Source: a virus
Lineage: Duplodnaviria > Caudoviricetes
IMG/VR virus record: IMGVR_UViG_3300027917_000018
Span: 128,001 to 192,000 of that record
Length of the DNA stretch: 64,000 nucleotides
Direction: 5' to 3' (one strand)
The position numbers and the translations under genes are program-made. Of this stretch, positions 8,626-18,093 are shown piece by piece. The stretch's first letter is position 1; the number at the start of each line of letters is the position of its first letter. The notes below the pieces were generated by a model, which saw nothing but the letters and a program-made list of their open reading frames with translations, searched no databases and had not been told where the DNA came from.

Positions 8626-9437
8626 GCCGCGCCTTACAGCTTATTCTTGCCGAGGCCCGCCGCAAGCCGGAGAGCCCGAAGTCCATAATGAAGGCGATCG
8701 GCAACCCGGACATCGCAAGCCTGCTGGAGTACGCGCCCGAGGACTTTCGTAGAGCCTATTACGCCAAGCAGACCGCCGAGTGGGACCCGGATTTTGCCGC
8801 TGAGGCCGATTGGAGCCCGTCGCCCGGCGATCATTACGAGGATGAGGAGACCGGCGAGGAGCGTGTGGAGTGGTGGCGCACGGCCTATTATCCGGTTTAC
8901 CGGACCGAAGACGGCAAGATTTACGAGGAAGTCCATTCGGTGGACGGGGACGGCAACCACGAGTACGAGGTCGAGGCCGAGGTTGGCACCGACGAATGGC
9001 GGCGGCAGCAAAGGGATTGGTACCAAGCGCCGCAAAGGCTGTGGAAGGACTACTGGGAATACGTGGCCGAGACCGGGGACGACGCTTTGGGCGAAATCTT
9101 CGTGCCCCGTGAGAAGACCACGCACAAGTGGGTCGCCGGATTTACGCAAGAGCCCGATGGCAGGCTCAAGTTTTGGGGTGCCCGCCCAATTGGGCGCGAG
9201 CAGAGCCACCCGCCGATCCGTAATCTTGACGAGGTCCCGCAGCACGTGAAGGACTATCTCCTCGTTGATCAGGATGGGTACAGCGAGGCTACACTGGATG
9301 ACCTGAAGCGGGAGAACGGCAAACAGGACAAGCAAGGCCGGTGGCAGGTTTGGTTCACCACCGAGCAAGAGAAGGAGCCTGAGAACGTCGTGGATTTCAT
9401 CAAGCGCAAGGCCCGCGAGCAGTTGGAGAGGCAATGA
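8622..9437 (+). CDS. Acidic tagged hypothetical protein
   Basis: MSRALQLILAEARRKPESPKSIMK leader variant; ATGA-coupled. Confidence 0.7.
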   Translation: MSRALQLILAEARRKPESPKSIMKAIGNPDIASLLEYAPEDFRRAYYAKQTAEWDPDFAAEADWSPSPGDHYEDEETGEERVEWWRTAYYPVYRTEDGKIYEEVHSVDGDGNHEYEVEAEVGTDEWRRQQRDWYQAPQRLWKDYWEYVAETGDDALGEIFVPREKTTHKWVAGFTQEPDGRLKFWGARPIGREQSHPPIRNLDEVPQHVKDYLLVDQDGYSEATLDDLKRENGKQDKQGRWQVWFTTEQEKEPENVVDFIKRKAREQLERQ

Positions 9438-9715
9438 GCAGAGCACGCCAGATCATCGAGGCCGCCGAGACACCGCGATCCGTAATTTCGGCGATCCGTA
9501 AAACCAGGTTTGAGCTTGGCATCCAGGACATCATGCGCGACGCCAAAGAGCTGGAGGCTAGGCTGGAGAAATCCGGGGTCATGAACCTCATGGGCTGGTT
9601 TGACGATTCCGCCGTGGCGCAGGCGATCATGCAACTGGCGATCGAGCGGCGAGGCGCTCCCGGCACGAAGCGGGCGCTTTCAGCCATCAAACGGCACGGA
9701 CACTCAGTTTTGTGA
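9434..9715 (+). CDS. Small tagged protein (MSRARQIIEAAETPRSV)
   Basis: Shared leader; ATGA/GTGA-coupled. Confidence 0.65.
   Translation: MSRARQIIEAAETPRSVISAIRKTRFELGIQDIMRDAKELEARLEKSGVMNLMGWFDDSAVAQAIMQLAIERRGAPGTKRALSAIKRHGHSVL
9458..9483 (+). repeat. 26-bp perfect direct repeat, copy 2
   Basis: Identical to 8260-8285. Confidence 0.9.
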
Positions 9716-10710
9716 CGCGAGCAAGAGCCATCCTGGAAGTCGAGACGACACGAACCGGCAAGTTCGTGTCCGCCGTATTGACGCGGGCCAGCCAGGATGA
9801 GCTGCTGGATGCCTTTCCGCCCATCCATCCCAACGTTTACGCGCACCATGCCACGCTGGCGTTCAAGCCCACGGAGCCCGCGCTGGACCGGTACGTGCCC
9901 TACCTGGGCGAGCGGCTTTACCTGTCGGTGATTGGCTACGGCGAAGACGACAAGGGCCAGGCCGTCGTGGTGGACGTTCAGAGCGAGAACCGCATCCCGC
10001 ACATTACCATTTCGACCGCCGACGGCGTTGGCCCGGTCTACTCGAACAAGCTCCTGGAGGCTGGCTACGAGACCGTGGACGGGCCAGAACTGGAAGCTTT
10101 GGTGGACATCGAGAACCTCGGGGAATCAGTTCTGGAGCTGGACCCGCAAGGTGGGTTGCGCCTGACGCCCAGGCCCAAAAAGCCAGGCTCCATCTGGACT
10201 TACCGCCGCCAGGCAGCCGAGGGCGGCCCAAAGCCCTACCGCCGAGTCCGAAGCTTGCCCAGCGGCGGCCAGGTTGAAATCTACGCCGCCTACCACAAGC
10301 AGGCCGCTCCGCTAGAGCTGTTGCGCCAGGCTAAGCAGTATGGACCTCTGGTCGGTAAGATGGCGCGGGCGGGCGCGGATGACCTGACTGCTGCTTTGGA
10401 GGGATACGGCATCACCGAGGTCGTGCCGATTCCAAGCCGGAGCCCAATGGCGGGCCGGTTCGCCCGGCTTCTGGCCAATCGCTTGGGCGTGCCGATCCGT
10501 GATCGTTTGCAGCGGGACTATCCGATCGGCCACGTGCCCATCCATCTGAGAAAAGCTGTGGCCCAGCGCACCATTTCAGCCACGGGACGCCCGCGCCACC
10601 CGCTGCTGGTGGACGAGTACGTCACCACCGGGGCAACCATCATGGCCGCCGCCGAGGCGCTTTTACGGCAGGGAGCCCGGCAGGTCACCGCAGCCGCTTT
10701 TGCGATATGA
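9712..10710 (+). CDS. Tagged fusion: 2H phosphoesterase + type I phosphoribosyltransferase-like domain
   Basis: MTRARAILEVE leader; HxT motifs AHHATLAF and PHITIS; C-terminal VVPIPSRS and LLVDEYVTTGAT. Confidence 0.75.
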   Translation: MTRARAILEVETTRTGKFVSAVLTRASQDELLDAFPPIHPNVYAHHATLAFKPTEPALDRYVPYLGERLYLSVIGYGEDDKGQAVVVDVQSENRIPHITISTADGVGPVYSNKLLEAGYETVDGPELEALVDIENLGESVLELDPQGGLRLTPRPKKPGSIWTYRRQAAEGGPKPYRRVRSLPSGGQVEIYAAYHKQAAPLELLRQAKQYGPLVGKMARAGADDLTAALEGYGITEVVPIPSRSPMAGRFARLLANRLGVPIRDRLQRDYPIGHVPIHLRKAVAQRTISATGRPRHPLLVDEYVTTGATIMAAAEALLRQGARQVTAAAFAI

Positions 10711-11003
10711 GCCGAGCCCGCGCAATTTTGGAGGCTGAGACTCCCAAGGGCATCATGCAGCAGTTTAGTCCGGGCAGCCGGTTCATCATGCAGCCTTTAA
10801 GCCCGCAGGAGATTGAAACGCTTGCCGATGTCATCGCGATGGGACCGCTGACGCGGCAGCCCTGGCACGAGAAGTTCCTCGAACTGGGGTACCTGACGCT
10901 CTACGACGACATGCCCGATGCCGTGGAGGCCGCCGATGGGTTTGCCAAAGCGTTCTACGACAAGAATGGCTTCATTCGCCAGGGCTGGCTTCAGCAGCGC
11001 TAG
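10707..11003 (+). CDS. Small tagged protein (MSRARAILEAETPKG)
   Basis: Shared leader; ATGA-coupled. Confidence 0.65.
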   Translation: MSRARAILEAETPKGIMQQFSPGSRFIMQPLSPQEIETLADVIAMGPLTRQPWHEKFLELGYLTLYDDMPDAVEAADGFAKAFYDKNGFIRQGWLQQR

Positions 11004-11410
11004 AGCATCCGCACGCCCTTGAGCACTGGAGCGGGCGGGTCTCGCCGGTAAATCAGAATCCCGTACTTCTTCGGGGCCGCTCCCTGGTTGGCGATGGTGT
11101 AGCTGAGCGCATTGGTCGAGGCTGAGCGCCCAACCGCGTACCAGCCATCTCCAATGTATTCCAGCAGTAGCAGTTGGTTGGCCTCCGGGTAATTGGTAAA
11201 CGCTCTGGTGTCGAACGTCTGGTTGAACTGCGTCCTGACAATGACGTTCGTATGGCTGAACGTCCCCGCTTCGCTGGCGAGGGTCGTGATGTTGGTGATG
11301 CTGAACACGTTGGTTGCCACAGTTGAGGGGCTGAGCAGCTCAAAATGCTCGTCGGGCCTGGCGACGGCTGTACACAGCACGGCAAGGCACAGAGGGAGAA
11401 TCCTTTTCAT
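11000..11410 (-). CDS. Secreted Thr-Asn-rich protein
   Basis: Signal peptide MKRILPLCLAVLCTAVA; repeated TN dipeptides. Confidence 0.6.
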   Translation of the reverse strand: MKRILPLCLAVLCTAVARPDEHFELLSPSTVATNVFSITNITTLASEAGTFSHTNVIVRTQFNQTFDTRAFTNYPEANQLLLLEYIGDGWYAVGRSASTNALSYTIANQGAAPKKYGILIYRRDPPAPVLKGVRML

Positions 11411-11457
11411 GGGGCTAATCTGCCGAGCCTTGGGCAATCTGTCTAGGTAGTTAGGAC

Positions 11458-11718
11458 GTGAAGAGCTTGCTGGTCATCGCTCTTGTCCTTCTGGCGGGAT
11501 GCACGACTTCATCCGAGAAGGGCAAAGTGACCCGGCATTACGTCTTCGGTTTCGGCGTGGTGACAGTTGACAGGGCAGCGGCGCAGGCTGAAGTGCGCTC
11601 CGTGCGCGCCTTTGGCGTTTACGGTTCTGCGCAGCAGTTTGCAGCTGGATACGTGGACACCTTGTCGACACTGGTGCCGGACGGAACAACGAACCTATTG
11701 ATCGAAGTGCGCAAATGA
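11458..11718 (+). CDS. Lipoprotein
   Basis: MKSLLVIALVLLAG-C lipobox; GTG start 4 nt after TAGTTA. Confidence 0.7.
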   Translation: MKSLLVIALVLLAGCTTSSEKGKVTRHYVFGFGVVTVDRAAAQAEVRSVRAFGVYGSAQQFAAGYVDTLSTLVPDGTTNLLIEVRK

Positions 11719-12332
11719 AACTGTGGCTTTTTCCACCCATTCTCGCGCTGCTGGCCGCCGGATGCACGACGCGGCATGCGGTGATCACGTCCACAGGCAA
11801 CGTCTTTGGCTTTGAGCTGGCGCAGAATCCCTCCAGCGGGATGTACCAAGCCAAGCTGGGCTATGCCAGGACTGAGTTTGCCTACGTGCCCTCCAACCGA
11901 TCGACCTCCACCAACGAGACCAGCTTTGGGCTCGGGGCCAGGGACGTGCCCGACGTGCTCATGGAACTGAAGTTTCAAAACGTATTCAAAGGCGGCGGTC
12001 TCTATCAGCGCCTGGCCATAGGGACTGTGGCAGTCAGCCAGCCAGGAGCGGCCTTTATGTTCGCCAAGGGGCCTGACGGAACCTTGGACCCGGATACGGC
12101 TGCGGCGATAGCCAACGTGAAGACGATCCCCGAGGCCAAGCCGGATTTGATGGCGGCCTTGGCTCCGCTGGCCAACGCCTACCAGAATTCCATGAACCAG
12201 AATGAATTCGACATGGTGGCCGCCGGGCAGGGATACCCCAGCTTTCAAACGTTTCTGACCAACCCCAATTTGACGCTTGAAGGCGTTTACAAGATGGCCG
12301 ACGAGCTGCGTAAACAGGGACTGATCGAATGA
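11715..12332 (+). CDS. Lipoprotein
   Basis: MKLWLFPPILALLAAG-C lipobox; ATGA-coupled. Confidence 0.7.
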   Translation: MKLWLFPPILALLAAGCTTRHAVITSTGNVFGFELAQNPSSGMYQAKLGYARTEFAYVPSNRSTSTNETSFGLGARDVPDVLMELKFQNVFKGGGLYQRLAIGTVAVSQPGAAFMFAKGPDGTLDPDTAAAIANVKTIPEAKPDLMAALAPLANAYQNSMNQNEFDMVAAGQGYPSFQTFLTNPNLTLEGVYKMADELRKQGLIE

Positions 12333-12478
12333 CCACCGTGCTCCGAATCCCACTGACCACCGCCAACCTCGACCAGGCTATCGCGAACACGTGTGATGTG
12401 CAGAAGGCCGCAGGTTATCGGCTGGCAGGATGTTTCTCGGTCGGCGACCAACTTGTCCTCATCTTTCAGAAACCATGA
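12329..12478 (+). CDS. Small hypothetical protein (49 aa, below track cutoff)
   Basis: MTTVLRIPLTTANLDQAIANTCDVQKAAGYRLAGCFSVGDQLVLIFQKP; ATGA overlaps at both ends. Confidence 0.5.
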   Translation: MTTVLRIPLTTANLDQAIANTCDVQKAAGYRLAGCFSVGDQLVLIFQKP

Positions 12479-13392
12479 GCTTAGCCGTTTACGTTTATTT
12501 CGACGGATCGAATCTTCAGCAGAAGATCGACTCAGACGACTATGCCTATGCGGGTAGTTGGGCCGCCGCGACGCCCTACTACGCTGCCTCGCTCGATGTG
12601 GTTGATTACGGCGACGCCCGCTACGTCGCGATACGGGACAACACGAATTTCGCCCCGCTCCGCAGACCGCCCAGGGGTCAAAATGAGGTCTGGTCCATTC
12701 TCTCGAAGATTCAGGAAGGTGACGAGCCACCGTGGCCCGCGCCGCCGCAGACCGAGGTCGCCCTGGAAACGGCGTGGGCAGGCACCGCGCTAGCCCAGCT
12801 GGCCTACGACACCGGCACCGTTGCTCTTTATATGGCCTGGCAGGGCACTCAGGATGCCCGCGTGGCCAATGACCTGGCCTACCTGGCGCTTCAGACTGCC
12901 TGGATTGGGACCAGCGCTGCTGGCGTGGACCTGGCGATCCAGGCCCTGGAAACCGCCTGGATGGGTACGGCGACCGCCAATACGGCGATCGAGACGGCTT
13001 GGGCCGCCACCGCCGCAGGCTCCAATTACGTCCAGAAGTCCGGGGACACGATGACGGGTAACCTGGTTGTGCCCCAGGTCATCATCGGCTACGGCACAGT
13101 TCCCTACTCGGCAGCTGCCGCCGGGACGATCCAGTACGACTTCAACGGCCCCGGCTACCAGCACACAACCATCGAGGGCGCACTGCACATTTCGGTCAAG
13201 AACATGACGGCGGGCGCGGAAATCGCCGTTCCGGTCACCTTCAACGGCAGCTTCCAAGTCGGCTTTCCAGGCCAGTGGACCTGGTACACCGAGCCACCCA
13301 CGGAGCTGAACGGAGCGGGCGAGACGATTTTTGCCTTTGCCGCCTTTGGAACGGACATGGTGGACGTTCGGGCAGCCCACGCAACGCGATAG
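12475..13392 (+). CDS. Tail-fibre-like virion protein with ALETAWxGT repeats
   Basis: Repeats followed by YVQKSGDTMTGNL fibre-type motif; ATG 12475 overlaps upstream stop. Confidence 0.65.
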   Translation: MSLAVYVYFDGSNLQQKIDSDDYAYAGSWAAATPYYAASLDVVDYGDARYVAIRDNTNFAPLRRPPRGQNEVWSILSKIQEGDEPPWPAPPQTEVALETAWAGTALAQLAYDTGTVALYMAWQGTQDARVANDLAYLALQTAWIGTSAAGVDLAIQALETAWMGTATANTAIETAWAATAAGSNYVQKSGDTMTGNLVVPQVIIGYGTVPYSAAAAGTIQYDFNGPGYQHTTIEGALHISVKNMTAGAEIAVPVTFNGSFQVGFPGQWTWYTEPPTELNGAGETIFAFAAFGTDMVDVRAAHATR

Positions 13393-13398
13393 ACGCTT

Positions 13399-15696
13399 AT
13401 GCCAGTTTCAGCATCAGACCAATACGCATACATCAACCTGAGCAGTCAGGTGGTGAATGTCTCGGGCGGTGAAGTCAACGATCGCGGCGTTTACTCGCAA
13501 GCCGAGTTTTACGCGATCAACGACGTGGTGGAGTACTTGAACAGTCTCTACATCTGCCTCACACCCAATTCTGCCCAGCCGCCGACGGCCATTGTCGATG
13601 ACAACTGGTCGGCTTTCGTTCAGACCACGGGCGAGGCCCCGCTGACTATCGAGCAGCTCTACGAAATTGTTCTCCAGAATTATCAGGTGACGCTGTACGG
13701 CACCCAGCTGGCCTACACCGCCTTGGAAACTGCTTGGACGGGAACGGCGCTGGCAAATACCGCGATTCAAGTCGCCTACGACGGGACCAACGCCGCCAAC
13801 TTGGCGCTTACGCAGGTTAACAACGCGCTCACGGTGGCCTATGCGGGCACCGAGCTGGCCTATACCGCGCTGCAAACGGCTTGGACCGGGACCAACACAG
13901 CCAACAGCATCAATATCATCAGCGCGGCAGCCAACGGCACCGACATCAGTGCCGGGCGCTCCGGGGACAATCTTCGGGTCAAGAGCATCATCCCCGGCGT
14001 CGACGTTTACATTGAGGACTACGGAACGGCGGTCGAAATCGGCTCGACCGGTCCCAGCGCGGTGCCTGTTGGGCTGGAAGGCGAGGCGTACATCTTCGTG
14101 GGCGGCGACGCCTCGGGGACTGTAAACGGCGACGCGCTCGTGGCGGCCCACACGGCGGCCAAGACCAAGACGCCGCACGGCCAGGCTCTATCGGCCAACA
14201 ATCGGTACACCATCTTCCTGCTGCCGGGCAATTATACGCTGACCGACGACGCGCTTCAGTTGGACACCAGCTACATCGACCTTATTGGTCTCGGCAAAGG
14301 CCGCGAAGCCTATCTGACCTCCAGCGGTAACACGCTGCGCGTAACCTCGTCGACCGGACACAATCGCCTGGCCAATCTGACGATTCACACGTCGGCTGCG
14401 GCCACCAACAGCAACACCGGCAAGCACGCTTATTCGGGCGAGTTTTCCAGCTCGGCCAGCACGTTTGAGGCGAGGAACGTTTTGTTTACGTCAAACAACA
14501 ACTACAACGCGATGAAGGCGCAGGCGGGGATGTACGGGACCTACATCGACTGCGAGTGCGATAAGGAGGGCGGATTCAACTGCGCTTTCCAGTCCTGGTC
14601 GTCATCCGTCGGCCTCTACGGGAAGTTCATCCGGTGCAAAGCTAAAACGTACTCTTTTGGCGCGACCTTCAACGTCAACCAAACGGTGACGTTGTCGGGC
14701 CAGTTTATCCAGTGCGAGGCGGAAGAAGATTCGTTCGGCAAAAACCAAACCTACGACACGACCATGAGCGGCTATTTCCACAGCTGCCGAGTCAATTCCA
14801 GCGGAGGGTACTGCTTTGGCCACGTGAGCACGGCGGGCCGGACCCTCACGATGTCGGGCATCTTCATCGGCTGCGTGGACGTTGGCAATGGGTTCTGTTT
14901 CGGCAATGTGATCGTGCATGGGAACGTGACGATGAGTGGCATCTTCATGAACTGCACCACCAACGGCGCAGGGTTCGGAACAAACAATTACACGTTTGGG
15001 TCTTCCACTGGCACCCGGCTTCTGAGCGGCGTGTTCATGGACTGCCGCACTACGGGCTACGGCTTTGGCGGCGGTACGACGGCGGGTGGCACAACAACGC
15101 TGTCGGGCCGCTTCGTCAACTGTGAAGCCGTTCAAAACGTTTTTTGTTTTGGTTACGGGGCCAACACCGATTGCTCGGGCTACTTTTTCAACTGCCGGGC
15201 AGGCGGAGAGGCTTTTGGCACAGGCGGTGGCGTGGCCTCTGGAACCTTTATTGGCTGTGTGGCAGGCGCTGGCTCTTTCGGCGGCACCGACACGGGCAGC
15301 TCGACGGGAGGCACGGCTTCAGGAACCTTCATCTCCTGCGTTGGCGGTGCCTACAGTTTCGGCGGAGCGGACGTGAGCGGCTCTCCGGGCACTATGTCGG
15401 GCACGATGCAGAACTGCGTGCTCACCGGACTGCTCTATGCCACGGTGACGGGCAAGATTGAGAACATGCGGATCGAGGCCACAGGCTCCAACCAAAATGC
15501 GGTGCTGATCGGCAGCAACGGCAGACTTTACGGTTGCACCTTGATCAAGACCGGAACCGGCTATGCGATCAGCGGCACAGGCTCGATCACAGCCAAGGTC
15601 GCTCACTGCCGGATGAACAGTGGCCCGGACCCAGGTTTCACCTTCACCAACGGAATCGAGACCCCGTACAACGTCGTGGATAGCGACATCACTTGA
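13399..15696 (+). CDS. Tailspike/fibre-like protein with Cys/Gly-rich beta-helix repeats
   Basis: LAYTALETAWTGT repeats, then ~11 T[ML]SGxFxxCxxxxxxFG repeats. Confidence 0.7.
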   Translation: MPVSASDQYAYINLSSQVVNVSGGEVNDRGVYSQAEFYAINDVVEYLNSLYICLTPNSAQPPTAIVDDNWSAFVQTTGEAPLTIEQLYEIVLQNYQVTLYGTQLAYTALETAWTGTALANTAIQVAYDGTNAANLALTQVNNALTVAYAGTELAYTALQTAWTGTNTANSINIISAAANGTDISAGRSGDNLRVKSIIPGVDVYIEDYGTAVEIGSTGPSAVPVGLEGEAYIFVGGDASGTVNGDALVAAHTAAKTKTPHGQALSANNRYTIFLLPGNYTLTDDALQLDTSYIDLIGLGKGREAYLTSSGNTLRVTSSTGHNRLANLTIHTSAAATNSNTGKHAYSGEFSSSASTFEARNVLFTSNNNYNAMKAQAGMYGTYIDCECDKEGGFNCAFQSWSSSVGLYGKFIRCKAKTYSFGATFNVNQTVTLSGQFIQCEAEEDSFGKNQTYDTTMSGYFHSCRVNSSGGYCFGHVSTAGRTLTMSGIFIGCVDVGNGFCFGNVIVHGNVTMSGIFMNCTTNGAGFGTNNYTFGSSTGTRLLSGVFMDCRTTGYGFGGGTTAGGTTTLSGRFVNCEAVQNVFCFGYGANTDCSGYFFNCRAGGEAFGTGGGVASGTFIGCVAGAGSFGGTDTGSSTGGTASGTFISCVGGAYSFGGADVSGSPGTMSGTMQNCVLTGLLYATVTGKIENMRIEATGSNQNAVLIGSNGRLYGCTLIKTGTGYAISGTGSITAKVAHCRMNSGPDPGFTFTNGIETPYNVVDSDIT

Positions 15697-15697
15697 T

Positions 15698-16081
15698 ATG
15701 TCACAGACCAACCAAGGCAACAGGATTCTGACCACCGACCCCTACTGGCAGGGGCCTAGCGTGGGAGCCCACCAGGTCATCGGCTATGCGGGCACCGTGA
15801 TGGTTGACTTCGCGGGAAGCATGTCGGCCTACCAAACCGTCACGCTGTCAGGGAACATCCACTTTGACGTGATGAATATGGCCGGTGGAGCCAACAACCA
15901 CGGTGTCAGCATCCGGGTAATCGGGGACGGCAGCGACCGCCTCGTGGGCTACAACACGGACATCAAGTGGCTCGGCACCGCTCCAGGCACTCAGGCGGCC
16001 AATAAGGTTTCGGTTGCGAGCTTCACCGCCTACGGCACGCTGCCGACGGACGTGGTGGCGGTTTATGCGAAGCAGCGATGA
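15698..16081 (+). CDS. Small tail-fibre-associated protein
   Basis: C-terminal half resembles end of the 12475 ORF (IKWLGTAP...SFTAYGTLPTDVVA vs WTWYTEPP...AFAAFGTDMVDV). Confidence 0.6.
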   Translation: MSQTNQGNRILTTDPYWQGPSVGAHQVIGYAGTVMVDFAGSMSAYQTVTLSGNIHFDVMNMAGGANNHGVSIRVIGDGSDRLVGYNTDIKWLGTAPGTQAANKVSVASFTAYGTLPTDVVAVYAKQR

Positions 16082-17349
16082 CCGTAAACGTCAATTTCAC
16101 GTGGTTTGATCTGCCGTACCTGGCCTACGCCGGAGAGGCGGGGCCGCCGCCCGACGGTTGGGAGCCTTTCTCCGACTACGCGATTGACTACTACGCCGTA
16201 AACAATCCGTTTCCCTACGGCGGCCAGAATTTTGCGGGCACTTGGTACGCCTCGCCGTCTTCGGAGGGCATCCAAGCCTGGGAGGGCTGGGAATACACAA
16301 CCGGAACCTTGGGCCAGGACAAGGGCACAAGCAGCCTGGATCAGCTGGGCATTGGTTTTGAAGGGACTTGGTATGGCCAGCACAGCGACAGCTATTTCGT
16401 CGGCGAGGACCGGTGGAATTACGGAGCGGGCACCGTCTTCCAGGAGTACGCGGGCACTGAGTTTAACGCGGTCGACGGATTTAGCGGCACCTGGTACGCC
16501 GTGGACAGAGATTACAGCGCCCATGATGACTTTTCCAGCTATGGAACGAGCAGCGGCACGTTTGGCGGCGTTGAGATTGAGCAGATGGGAGCCGGTACCG
16601 TGCCGCTGGCCGCCGGAGGCGCGTGGGCCGGTACCTGGGCGGTTGGTGAGGGCACCTACCCGTCCTTAAGCCCAATTCTGCTCCTGGATTCTGGCTCAGC
16701 TTTCTCCGGCAGCCTGTCGGGCACCGCCGCCGTCTGGTTGGATTTTTCAGGATCGGGCAATCACTTCTACGAGTACACTGCGGGCGGCGGCCCGGTCATC
16801 GACTGGAACAACGCCCTCAACGGCTACCCCGTGCTTTCGTTCGGGACATTCTCCGAGAACCGGCTTTATCGCCAGCAGTTCGTTCAGGACCGTGGCAGCG
16901 TCGAGGCATTCCTGGTCGTGCGAGCGGACGCAGACCCGCCGCCTGCTGGACCAAATGTCGGTGCTTGGGCCAATTTCAGCCAGAACACACCTTCCAGCCA
17001 CACACCGTTCTCCGACGGCAACATCTATGAGAACATGTGGTCGGCGACGCGGTTCTCGTTCAACCCGACTACGCCGCTGAATCAATGGCTGGTGTACAAT
17101 GTCCGCCATAGCGGCTACCGGGTGCAGGTTGAACTGAACGGCACCGAGTTGGCCTACAATACCACTCAGACCTTGGACGTGACGGCATCGGTGACAGGGA
17201 CCTACGTCCTTGGAGCTGGGGTGGCTTCCGGCCCCACCTACTACGCCTGGCTTGGCAAAATGGCCCATGTCCGCGTTTACGACCACGTGCTTTCACCTTC
17301 GGAGCGCGGAGACGTGGTGAAAGAACTCAAAGCCAGGTTTGCGATATGA
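16078..17349 (+). CDS. Virion protein with FxGTWY repeats and C-terminal LamG/ConA-like domain
   Basis: FAGTWY, FEGTWY, FSGTWY, WAGTW repeats; WLGKMAHVRVYDHVLSPSER end. Confidence 0.65.
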   Translation: MTVNVNFTWFDLPYLAYAGEAGPPPDGWEPFSDYAIDYYAVNNPFPYGGQNFAGTWYASPSSEGIQAWEGWEYTTGTLGQDKGTSSLDQLGIGFEGTWYGQHSDSYFVGEDRWNYGAGTVFQEYAGTEFNAVDGFSGTWYAVDRDYSAHDDFSSYGTSSGTFGGVEIEQMGAGTVPLAAGGAWAGTWAVGEGTYPSLSPILLLDSGSAFSGSLSGTAAVWLDFSGSGNHFYEYTAGGGPVIDWNNALNGYPVLSFGTFSENRLYRQQFVQDRGSVEAFLVVRADADPPPAGPNVGAWANFSQNTPSSHTPFSDGNIYENMWSATRFSFNPTTPLNQWLVYNVRHSGYRVQVELNGTELAYNTTQTLDVTASVTGTYVLGAGVASGPTYYAWLGKMAHVRVYDHVLSPSERGDVVKELKARFAI

Positions 17350-18092
17350 GCCTAACCTTTCTGGCAAGAGAAGACGTGGTTTCGATTTCATCGGAGGCCC
17401 TGGTTCTGCGTTCCTCCAGCGTAGCCCGACAGTTGCCCTGGGGCAGCGACTGGCAGCAGCTTATGATCGGGGTTCGCTTTAGGATTGATGGTGGCTGGGT
17501 CAGTTACGGCGACGCGGTGACGAACATGAACTTTGGAACAGCCACGGCGATCCCCAGGTGGCAGGTGGGCCTTTGCTCCGGTGGCCAGGCGGTGGTTGAT
17601 GACGGCATCAATCACTTTTGCGGGGCCATCAGTTTCCTAAACACCTGGGGAAACGCGGGCACGTCCGAAAGCGACCGAGGCTACACCGTAGGTCCTGGCG
17701 GAATGCTGATCGCGACGCAGATCGGATGGACCAGAACCAGCTACGGCGGTAGCATTTCTGCGGCAAGCGCCGGTTTTACCGCCACGGAGGGCCTGGCCTG
17801 CGCGATTTTCGTGCAGATTACCAAGGGCAGTCCCACCTGGAGTTTGAAGTACGCGATACCCAACGCTTATTCTAATGGCGACACGAAGACGGCCCAACAG
17901 GTGTCGGTTATGTGCGAGACCGACATCGAGAACGCGCCTACTTGGGATAGCGGCTATCAAAGGTCCAATTCAGCTGGAACGCCCACCATCGACGAAAGCA
18001 CCTACGGGCCGCTGGATTCGGTCTGCCTGTACTGGAATTGGCAGATGCCCAGGATGAGGATTTTCGACATCTACGTACACAAAAGGTACTGA
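17346..18092 (+). CDS. Putative tail/receptor-binding accessory protein, paralog family member 1
   Basis: WQQLMIGVRF ... IDESTYGPLDSVCLYW shared with 18094, 34193, 34972 ORFs. Confidence 0.65.
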   Translation: MSLTFLAREDVVSISSEALVLRSSSVARQLPWGSDWQQLMIGVRFRIDGGWVSYGDAVTNMNFGTATAIPRWQVGLCSGGQAVVDDGINHFCGAISFLNTWGNAGTSESDRGYTVGPGGMLIATQIGWTRTSYGGSISAASAGFTATEGLACAIFVQITKGSPTWSLKYAIPNAYSNGDTKTAQQVSVMCETDIENAPTWDSGYQRSNSAGTPTIDESTYGPLDSVCLYWNWQMPRMRIFDIYVHKRY

Positions 18093-18093
18093 C

